From assembly GCA_964447495.1 (NCBI GenBank), contig CAYUTF010000032.1, forward strand, positions 1-26,172: a stretch of DNA of 26,172 bases. Direction: 5' to 3'. Under the pieces are notes generated by a model. The model was not told the origin of the DNA, searched no databases, and saw only the letters and a list, made by a program, of their open reading frames with translations. The position numbers were made by a program, and so were the translations under genes. This document shows positions 18,956 through 26,172 of this stretch, piece by piece (within the stretch, counting starts at the first letter, position 1; the number at the start of each line of letters is the position of its first letter). Source of the DNA: an uncultured archaeon. Lineage in GTDB: Archaea; Asgardarchaeota; Lokiarchaeia; Sigyniarchaeales; SOKP01.

Positions 18956-19694
18956 ACTTTTAATTCATTCATTAACAGGTTGCAGTGGTTGCATCGCAAG
19001 CTTGATGGCTTCTGAGATTTTTCCAAATTTACTTGAACGAGTAGAAGTAATCTCTTTTCCCTTTATATATGATGAAGAGAATATGGAGGATTGTGATATT
19101 GCTTTAATCGAAGGTTGTGTGTCTCAAAAAGCACAAATCGCGATTTTAAAAGAAATAAGATCAAATGCAAATAAAGTAATTGCTTTAGGTACTTGTGCTT
19201 CTTATGGTGGAATTCTCAATCTTTCGAAAGAAAAAAAAGCATATGCCATTTCTGAGTACATAGAAATAGATGGGGTAATTCCTGGATGCCCTCCACCGTC
19301 AAAATTACTTGGAAATAGTATAATGAGATTAATTGAAAATAAAAATTTGGAATTATCAATGAAAAACCTATGTCATAATTGTCCACTAAATGACCTAACT
19401 GATAATACATTTAACACTTTAATCAAAAAAGTTGACTTTTCTTCTGATCCTACAAAAAAAAACGATAAGAATAAATGTTTTCTTCGAAGAGGGGTCTTAT
19501 GTTTAGGTCCAATTACTCGTGAGGGGTGTGATCATACATGTATCAATAATGCTGTACCCTGTGAAGGTTGTTTAGGTCCAGCATCCAAAGATTATACCTC
19601 TAATTTAGTAAACTTACTAAGTATGTTAGATATTTCCAAAGATATAGAATTAGATAGAAGTATTTTTTTTCGTTTCTCTAAACCAAAAACTTAA
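18948..19694 (+). CDS. mvhG: [NiFe]-hydrogenase small subunit, group 3 (MvhG-like)
   Basis: GCSGC, EGCV, GTCASYGG, PGCPP, CHNC, CF...CLGPITREGC..TC...PCEGC. It overlaps the previous stop codon. Confidence 0.85.
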   Translation: MPKLLIHSLTGCSGCIASLMASEIFPNLLERVEVISFPFIYDEENMEDCDIALIEGCVSQKAQIAILKEIRSNANKVIALGTCASYGGILNLSKEKKAYAISEYIEIDGVIPGCPPPSKLLGNSIMRLIENKNLELSMKNLCHNCPLNDLTDNTFNTLIKKVDFSSDPTKKNDKNKCFLRRGVLCLGPITREGCDHTCINNAVPCEGCLGPASKDYTSNLVNLLSMLDISKDIELDRSIFFRFSKPKT

Positions 19695-19705
19695 GGTGAT
19701 TTAAC

Positions 19706-21007
19706 ATAGATAAAATTATAGATGTATGCAAAAGGGTTGAAGGTCATGGCACAGTTGATTATCTAATTCAAAATGAAGCGATATCCCATGTAGAATTCAA
19801 AATAAATGCATTTAGGGGGTTTGAAAACATTCTTGCTGGAAAAAACTTATTCGATATCCCCAAGATTGTCTCAAGAATTTGTGGATTATGTCATACGTCT
19901 CAAACAATTGCAAGCTGCAAAGCTATTGAAAGTTTATTTGAGATAACTCCAAATGCTTTCTCTCTATATTTAAGAAGAGTATTAATGTGTGCTGAATTGA
20001 TAAACTCACATATAATGCATTTCTTTTTCCAAACTTTACCTGATCTAATGGAGATATTTAAAATGGAAAATAATCTGAAAAATCCCTCTAAATTAATTAA
20101 TTTTGATCTGGAATTAACTAAAAATGTATTTAATCTAATAAAAGCATCTAAAGAAATTAATGAACTATTCGGAGGTCGAAGTATTCACTTAATTACAATA
20201 GTGCCGGGAGGAATGTTATACACTCCCTCTCAAAAGAATTATATTTTTCTTCAAAAATTATTGCACAAAATAAGAGTGGAAATTGAATCCATTATTCATA
20301 AATTTATTTCATTGTTCTCGGAATTTCAAACACCAGTAGAATATAATTTATCCAATCCATTTCTAATTGGATTATATAATAATAGTAATTATGACAGATA
20401 TGATGGTAATATTAGAATAAGCAATTGTAGTAATTATGATGAAACCTTCGAGAAAGAAAATTATTCCAACTATTTTGATAAAAACATTAGTCTATTTGGC
20501 ATTAATTTTAAACAAAATAATGAAGACATCGTATTAACAGGTCCGTATTCTCGATATTGGTTACATAATTGTCATAAAAATGAAATAATAGGTGAATTTT
20601 TAAATTCATTTGATAAAGCTTGGAAAATATCGTTAATTTTTACAAGTTTTTTACAATTGGTTGAAATATATAATGAAATTCAATATTGTTTGGAAAATTT
20701 AGATGAATATCAGCTAAATAGCAAATTAAAAATTCCAACCTTAAATAAACTAAAAAAAGTAGATGGAATCGGTATAATTGAAGCTCCAAGAGGGTTTCTC
20801 ATGCATCGCTATCAGTTAAACAAGAAAAACAATGTTGAAAAAGTAAAATTATTCATCGCAACAGAAATAAATATCCCATTAATAAATATGATGATTGAAA
20901 ACTATGCTCAAAAACAATATGAAAAGAAAGATATGGATATAATTAAAAAAAATATACAAATAATGATACGACTTTTTGATCCATGTATTTCTTGTGCTAC
21001 GCATTAA
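19706..21007 (+). CDS. mvhA: [NiFe]-hydrogenase large subunit, group 3 (MvhA-like); ATA start, 433 aa
   Basis: In-frame extension upstream of the tracked ATG 19985 encodes RVEGHG, RGFE and L1 'RICGLC'. EAPRG and L2 'DPCISCATH*' are present. RBS AGGTGA sits 6 nt before ATA 19706, with an in-frame TGA at 19697. Confidence 0.85.
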   Translation: MDKIIDVCKRVEGHGTVDYLIQNEAISHVEFKINAFRGFENILAGKNLFDIPKIVSRICGLCHTSQTIASCKAIESLFEITPNAFSLYLRRVLMCAELINSHIMHFFFQTLPDLMEIFKMENNLKNPSKLINFDLELTKNVFNLIKASKEINELFGGRSIHLITIVPGGMLYTPSQKNYIFLQKLLHKIRVEIESIIHKFISLFSEFQTPVEYNLSNPFLIGLYNNSNYDRYDGNIRISNCSNYDETFEKENYSNYFDKNISLFGINFKQNNEDIVLTGPYSRYWLHNCHKNEIIGEFLNSFDKAWKISLIFTSFLQLVEIYNEIQYCLENLDEYQLNSKLKIPTLNKLKKVDGIGIIEAPRGFLMHRYQLNKKNNVEKVKLFIATEINIPLINMMIENYAQKQYEKKDMDIIKKNIQIMIRLFDPCISCATH

Positions 21008-21135
21008 TCAGAAAATTAAATTAAGAAATTAATAATAAACTTTTATTGAATAGAAATGAAGAATCTAGCAAATAAACCAAGACAAAAAAGATCGAGATCC
21101 AAAGAAAATAAAATAAATCAGATGCTAATATACAC

Positions 21136-22275
21136 TTATTTTTCTCCTAGTCGCTTAATTAAGTAATCTTTCCATTTCAGAATCAATGTTTGATTTATTT
21201 TTTCTCCTGAATCTGAATTTGCAAGCATAATAAGCCCAGTACCAATTTTCGGAATACTCATCATCTCTAAACTCCATCCAGTATTACCACCGCTATGTTG
21301 AACAATTTTTATTCCTGGGAATTCTTGTGGAAAACTGAGAAAATATCCAAGTCCTATTCCTGATGGATATCCCATTTCACTAGGTGTATCCATAACTTTT
21401 GTAAACATTAATTCAATGGTTTCTGGTGTTAAAATACCCCGTCCTGGAGGTTCTTCGTTAGGTCCTTTCATCGATGCAATAGTAAATTTAGCTAAATCTC
21501 TTGCGGTTGCATAACATCCTGTAGCTGCAAGAGCAGTGTAACGATAATTCGGAAGAAGAGTTCCTAGAACACTGTAAGATTTTGGTGTTTTAGGTTGTAA
21601 GTCCTCTCTCCACACAAAACTACTATCTATCATGCCTAAAGGGCGCAAAATTGTCTTTTCTAAATATTCTGAGAACGATGTTCCAGTAAGTTCCTCTATC
21701 AGCAATTGTAAAACAGTATAACCTCCCCCAGAATAACTAAATTTTGATCCAGGAGGATATATTACACGAACTATTCCACCTGCAGATTCTCCTGATAAAG
21801 ATTCTTCGATTGTTGGTAATTCATTATCTGGATCGTTTCCAGGATATCCATAAACCGATAGTCCAGCAGTATGACTTAATAGTCTCCGTATGGTCATTTC
21901 ATCATAGTTAATTATCGAGTCAAGATCTTCTAGGTTAGGACAATATTTTTGAAGTACATACTTCTCATAATCAGTTGGAATTTTCCACCGTGTCAGGTAT
22001 TTAGAAATAGGTTCATCTAGTCCGATTTCTCCCTCTTCAACCAGCTTCATAACAGCCCATGCTGTTATTGGTTTGGAAATAGAAGCTAATTGAAAAACCG
22101 CATCTTCTCTCATTGGAACCTTATTTTCCATATTAAAAAACCCAAATGAGTGAATGGATGATATCTGAGAATTGTTGATAATTGCAATATTTATTCCGAC
22201 TCCATTGTACATCTTAAGTAATTTCGGAACCAATTGATCTAATTCATCGAATTCTTCTTCTGGTAATTTTTCCAT
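21136..22275 (-). CDS. Serine hydrolase, beta-lactamase class C/esterase family
   Basis: LASISK (SxxK), LLSHTAG, FSYSGGGY, LRPLGM, HSGG. Confidence 0.9.
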   Translation of the reverse strand: MEKLPEEEFDELDQLVPKLLKMYNGVGINIAIINNSQISSIHSFGFFNMENKVPMREDAVFQLASISKPITAWAVMKLVEEGEIGLDEPISKYLTRWKIPTDYEKYVLQKYCPNLEDLDSIINYDEMTIRRLLSHTAGLSVYGYPGNDPDNELPTIEESLSGESAGGIVRVIYPPGSKFSYSGGGYTVLQLLIEELTGTSFSEYLEKTILRPLGMIDSSFVWREDLQPKTPKSYSVLGTLLPNYRYTALAATGCYATARDLAKFTIASMKGPNEEPPGRGILTPETIELMFTKVMDTPSEMGYPSGIGLGYFLSFPQEFPGIKIVQHSGGNTGWSLEMMSIPKIGTGLIMLANSDSGEKINQTLILKWKDYLIKRLGEK

Positions 22276-22314
22276 AATATTCCACTAGTATTTGATTATT
22301 TTTAATTCATAAAC

Positions 22315-22693
22315 TTCTATCCCGCTATCCCAAAAATTTTTGAGTCGGGTGAATAGGTGTCATATAATACAAACCTCTGTCCATTCGGATTACGTTTAAC
22401 GTTCAAATGACGTTTTCTATCGAGTTTTATATTCTTTCTATTGGCTCATGCTACGCATTCGCCTTTTGATTTACCGTTTGGACTCCCTACCCGCACTTCT
22501 TACTTAAGTCTTCTAAATGTGTTGGGGTTTATATATTCATGCGATCCCCGTCCAGTTTTTCCGGACTTAATCTCCGCCCTTCTGTCACTAGTTTCTTAAC
22601 ATCTGATCGTGGCTCTACTCGTGGTGCTGGCTTAGATTTCGGACTTTTTTTGGATGGTTTAGGTTTTGGAAAAGTGGATATAGTAGGATAGAA
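22315..22693 (-). ncRNA. Candidate large structured ncRNA, RNase P/MRP-like topology; identity unconfirmed
   Basis: About 41% GC by hand count, against very AT-rich neighbouring intergenic DNA. It has a terminal stem, nested long-range stems, a pseudoknot, and hairpins with G-U and tandem G-A pairs on the minus strand. Confidence 0.55.
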
Positions 22694-22709
22694 TTTAATT
22701 AGAAAAAAC

Positions 22710-23078
22710 CTAGAATTGTAATTCCCGATTTCTTAATTTTGATACAAGATGCCCCCTAGAGAGAAGCTGAATTCCGAACTGTGAAGAATAATCCCTCGAG
22801 AAATCTGTAGCAATATTACATATCATAATACCTCCTTCTATATCGGGAACATCTATACATGCTTTATGAAGTTGTCTAAGTTGAGTGATAGATATCTCTC
22901 TTTTCCAATCACGTATAAATATTCCAAATTTCCCATACTTTCCATTATTTACTATGGCATTAAACTCCCAAGTCCTCCCAGAATTTCCTTTTAGTTTTTG
23001 AGGGCCTTTAATAAAATCATATTTTTCAGAAAGGACTTTTTCTGCTAATTCATTTAAATTTTTATCAGAAAAGTTCAT
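22710..23078 (-). CDS. Mrr/restriction-endonuclease-like domain protein, probably inactive
   Basis: 'LKGNSGRTWEFNA...IFIRDW...ISITQL...GGIMIC..F...GIQLL' follows the Mrr_cat pattern, but the PD..(D/E)xK residues are altered. Confidence 0.6.
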   Translation of the reverse strand: MNFSDKNLNELAEKVLSEKYDFIKGPQKLKGNSGRTWEFNAIVNNGKYGKFGIFIRDWKREISITQLRQLHKACIDVPDIEGGIMICNIATDFSRDYSSQFGIQLLSRGHLVSKLRNRELQF

Positions 23079-23267
23079 GAAATCACAAATAATTTATTTA
23101 AATATATTTACACTCAATTATTTAAATGTTATTTGTATAGTTGTTAATACTTATCATAAAAATATGTAATACCCAGATGATATCCACATAATATCCATTG
23201 GTGTTAACCTATTCTTCAATATAGATAAAAAAGTGATTATTCCGACAAAAAACTATTAATGTTGTTA

Positions 23268-24113
23268 TTATTTAATAGTGCTATTAAATAGCTTAAATAA
23301 AGGATACTCTCCCTCAGAATCTGCACCATTAATTCTTATGTATTCCAAAATATGCTCCTCAAAATACTCTATTAATTTGAGACTGATCGTCTCACAGATA
23401 TGTTTACATTCTAAAAAATTATTAGTTCCAAATTCACATTTTGGATTTAATGCAGCACAAAATTTTTTCATTTGAAGGGAATATCCTTCTGCAGATAAAG
23501 ATTTAAATTCATTCCAAGAATCTTTAAAACCACCTAATTTACTTGGTGCTATTGTTTTTAATGATTCTTTTAAACCCATTTCGCTATTCAATTTTTCTGG
23601 ATATTTACTCTGTTTTATTCTATTTTGAATCTCACACCGCTCCTTTCGTTCTTCTATTTGGCATAGGAAAATGTATTTTTTTAATAATTTTTCAGCTTCA
23701 AATGTTTTTTTTTCATCTTTTATCACCCAACCATCTAATCTTTTACAAGATATGCTTTTATTTGATGGATTTGAAAAGTTTGTCGGATAAATCCAACATT
23801 GGGGTGGTTTAATTCCTGAATTATGTACACTGCATCCATTTAATTCTTTGCTAAATAAAAAACATTTACCTGTTTTCTCACTAAATCGCAAATAAAATGT
23901 AAATACATTACTTCGGATGAAATCACTTTCTTGAGCATATCCTCTTTCAATATATTCCTCTGCTAAGATTTTTGGAACATCAATTTTAATAGAACAACAA
24001 TCACCCTGGCAATTTTTAGGATCAGTACAGTCAGGGCTTTCAATAGCTTCCTTCATTAATGAATTATATTTTTCTAATATCTCCCAAAAATAGATATCTT
24101 TTTTCTTTCCCAT
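23268..24113 (-). CDS. YkgJ/CxxCxxCC family cysteine-cluster (Fe-S/Zn) protein
   Basis: CTDPKNCQGDCC, KCFLF...GCSVH...KPPQCWIYP, plus further C-terminal Cys. Confidence 0.7.
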   Translation of the reverse strand: MGKKKDIYFWEILEKYNSLMKEAIESPDCTDPKNCQGDCCSIKIDVPKILAEEYIERGYAQESDFIRSNVFTFYLRFSEKTGKCFLFSKELNGCSVHNSGIKPPQCWIYPTNFSNPSNKSISCKRLDGWVIKDEKKTFEAEKLLKKYIFLCQIEERKERCEIQNRIKQSKYPEKLNSEMGLKESLKTIAPSKLGGFKDSWNEFKSLSAEGYSLQMKKFCAALNPKCEFGTNNFLECKHICETISLKLIEYFEEHILEYIRINGADSEGEYPLFKLFNSTIK

Positions 24114-24242
24114 TTTAATTGAGTAATTGTAATTAGATTTATAAAAGTCTCTATTTCCTTAAATTTAAATTTCATAAGTTTATCTTCAATTAAATTTTAA
24201 ATAATAAAATTTAATTAACTAAAATTTTTTTAAGTGAACACT

Positions 24243-26172
24243 ATGTCAGATCTAATAATAGTTGATATTACTGATACAGAAAAAGCTGTATTAGATGGAA
24301 AGTCAAACCTAAAAGAAATAAATGGTCAAGGCAAGATATCTATAAAGAATCCAACTCAAAAAAGTAGATTATGGAATTTAACTTGTGACTTAAAAGAAAT
24401 TGTTAATACAACCATGAATTCAAGAGAATTAAATGTTGGGGTTTTAAACAGCAATCAAGAACATTTAACAACTTATCAAATTCAAAATCTAAAAAAACCA
24501 TCATTAAAAGTAATAGAAGAATTTGATACAGAACTAGAAATTCATGAAAAAATAAATAATACATTTCGATTTGAAAGTGAAAATAAGTGTAGATTAAAAT
24601 TACATATTACCAATCCATTAAAACAGCCAATAACAAACATTAAACTAACTAGAGATATCCCTGGACACTTTCAAGAAATTGAAATTCAGAAAACTAATAT
24701 AGGTGTCGCCGGTATTCAAGGGACGGAAGAAAGCAGATATTTAAATTGGGATATCGTTTCACTTGAAGGAGAACAAGAAGCTCAACTTGAAGTTATGTGT
24801 ACAATCCATACAAAAGACAATGAAATTAAATCTTTAGGCTCTTTAAATGTGAATTATTTAATTAACAATTATAAATTGACCTATTTTATTCCTGAGATTC
24901 GGGGACTTACTGATTCGATGAGTGGTATTGACAGAGATGAGAGTTCTCAACCTGGATTTTGGGATTGTGATGTTGAATTTAGTAATGACTCTGAATTTCA
25001 AGTAAGATTAGAAGATGTAAAGGTTACACATAGAATCCCTACTGGAATAGAAACAGTTGTTTCTCAAACTCCCAATCGTTTACTCAATCCAAATCAGGAG
25101 TGGAATTACTCTTTTCAAGTTGAATCAAAGGATGTACCTGAATTGAATTCAACTATAGGATTTACTCCTTTATTTGTTGTAATCACGAGGGTTACCGGAG
25201 AAATACACAAAGAATCAACGCAATATTCGGTATTAAGTGCAACCATCGATAAGAAAATTAATCCACCTGAAGTTGATGCTTATGCTAATACAGATTTAGA
25301 AATTCAGAATTCTGTATTTAATTCAGGAAGTTCCAATATCAAATTTCTTGAAGTTTCTGATGAATTACCTTCAGACTTTATTCCACCATTACTCAATCAA
25401 ATAAAAATTCAGCTTGGAGATATGGATATTAGTGCTAGGACAGAATATACTAAAAAATTTGATATTTCCCCAGACAACCAAAATCCAGAATATAAACATT
25501 TAATTAATCTAGTTCTCGATAATTTAAATTTTCCACCAAATTCCCGTTTAATAATAAAATACCCTCTGAAAGCTCGAAATCCTCGACCACCAACAGAAGT
25601 ATTATATAAAACACCTGTAAAAATAAAGATAAATTCTCCGATAGAAGGTAAATTGTATGAGAAAACCCCTAATATTGAACCCGAAATAAAGGTTCAGTAT
25701 GTGAAAAGAAAGCTTAAAACTTTAAAGAGCATCAAACCAGGTGTTTCTGAAGGAGAATTCTCTGTGACTGTTAGGATTCAAAATAAGGGAACTGTTGAAT
25801 TAGAAAATATTTTTATAAAAGATATAATTCCACAAAACTTTAATATAACAGAAATCAACTTTGAAGTGTATAAATTGGAAAAAATGGGCGATAATTCAGA
25901 ATTACATGTCAGAATTAACGAATTAAAGGGAAATGAATCATTTACTCTAAATTATAGTTGTTCAGGTCAAGGAGAATATCCCCGATATGAACCTTTAGTA
26001 TCAGTCTTAGGAAGAGAATCAAGTGAAAACGCAACCGTACAAGGTTCCCAGCAATCATCAGCTGAAGAAATTTCAGAAATTACCATCTCATCATTAAGCT
26101 TAGAAATGAAATCAAACCTCAATGACTTATTTAAAGAAATATTCAAAAAAATTGATCAAGCTATAACTGGTA
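24243..26172 (+). CDS. Large beta-sandwich protein, partial (runs off the window); mu-homology-domain-like N-terminus
   Basis: Absent from the ORF track because it has no stop. Open from ATG 24243 (MSDLIIVDITDTEKAVLDGK...) for over 640 codons, with repeated Ig/DUF11-like motifs (NKGTVELENIFIKDIIPQNF) and no signal peptide. Confidence 0.75.
   Translation, partial: MSDLIIVDITDTEKAVLDGKSNLKEINGQGKISIKNPTQKSRLWNLTCDLKEIVNTTMNSRELNVGVLNSNQEHLTTYQIQNLKKPSLKVIEEFDTELEIHEKINNTFRFESENKCRLKLHITNPLKQPITNIKLTRDIPGHFQEIEIQKTNIGVAGIQGTEESRYLNWDIVSLEGEQEAQLEVMCTIHTKDNEIKSLGSLNVNYLINNYKLTYFIPEIRGLTDSMSGIDRDESSQPGFWDCDVEFSNDSEFQVRLEDVKVTHRIPTGIETVVSQTPNRLLNPNQEWNYSFQVESKDVPELNSTIGFTPLFVVITRVTGEIHKESTQYSVLSATIDKKINPPEVDAYANTDLEIQNSVFNSGSSNIKFLEVSDELPSDFIPPLLNQIKIQLGDMDISARTEYTKKFDISPDNQNPEYKHLINLVLDNLNFPPNSRLIIKYPLKARNPRPPTEVLYKTPVKIKINSPIEGKLYEKTPNIEPEIKVQYVKRKLKTLKSIKPGVSEGEFSVTVRIQNKGTVELENIFIKDIIPQNFNITEINFEVYKLEKMGDNSELHVRINELKGNESFTLNYSCSGQGEYPRYEPLVSVLGRESSENATVQGSQQSSAEEISEITISSLSLEMKSNLNDLFKEIFKKIDQAITG

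Noticed and set aside
16406-21007. Selenocysteine (UGA) recoding in HdrA/MvhD/MvhA, as known for Hdr/Vhu proteins in some archaea
   Set aside because: All relevant positions are Cys codons (AACSP, VPCTGRV, DPCISC), no internal TGA exists and the large subunit is not split. The TGA at 19697 is part of the RBS.
19985-21007. Truncated or pseudogene hydrogenase large subunit (340 aa in the ORF track)
   Set aside because: The missing N-terminal motifs are present in frame upstream of 19985.
22530-22690. Short ORFs on both strands inside the GC-elevated intergenic region (K/P-rich ~50 aa on -, MRSPSSF... on +); possible ribosomal protein S30e
   Set aside because: No S30e or other recognisable motif and no RBS. 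Base-pairing explains the region better.
22315-22693. SRP RNA, tRNA, tmRNA, 5S rRNA, group I/II intron, raiA-motif RNA or MITE
   Set aside because: No SRP helix-8 motif, T-loop/CCA end, P7 or domain V catalytic motifs. Only a short raiA-like word (TGGTGCTGGCTTAGA) is present. No target-site duplication flanks the terminal repeat, although a MITE is not fully excluded.
881-23812. Short antisense or overlapping ORFs in the track (e.g. 881-1129, 3688-3948, 8832-9023, 17050-17382, 23543-23812)
   Set aside because: Mostly shadows of well-supported genes, with no motifs or RBS.
1-26172. CRISPR arrays, transposases, integrases, rRNA or tRNA genes
   Set aside because: No regularly spaced repeats, mobile-element ORFs or canonical RNA gene signatures were seen.

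Overview
AT-rich archaeal chromosomal DNA, most likely Asgard/Lokiarchaeia. This is inferred from the Sec11-type signal peptidase, Alba, histone, Cdc48, GGTGA/GAGGT ribosome-binding sites and low GC. Bases 1-10.7 kb hold mostly housekeeping and lipid genes: MFS, thiolase+DUF35, M28 peptidase, SCP2, methyltransferase, DAG-kinase family, signal peptidase, Alba, a short histone and an aminotransferase. The main discovery candidate is a divergent locus at about 10.9-21.0 kb. On the + strand, a winged-HTH DNA-binding domain is fused to a partly degenerate HdrA-MvhD, followed by MvhG and an MvhA-like [NiFe] large subunit that starts at ATA and has no C-terminal maturation peptide. On the - strand lie three mutually homologous uncharacterised genes, an Mtd-type methylene-H4MPT/H4F dehydrogenase and a Cdc48. 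Two of the - strand promoters align without gaps and share a TTTGAYAA-N6-TTNTCAAA palindrome. Together this suggests an H2/redox-sensing one-component regulon (hypothesis). A second candidate is a GC-elevated ~380-nt intergenic element (22315-22693, -) that folds by eye into an RNase P/MRP-like pseudoknotted topology. The window ends in a partial ORF with a mu-homology-domain-like N-terminus. All assignments come from motif reading only; no searches were run.
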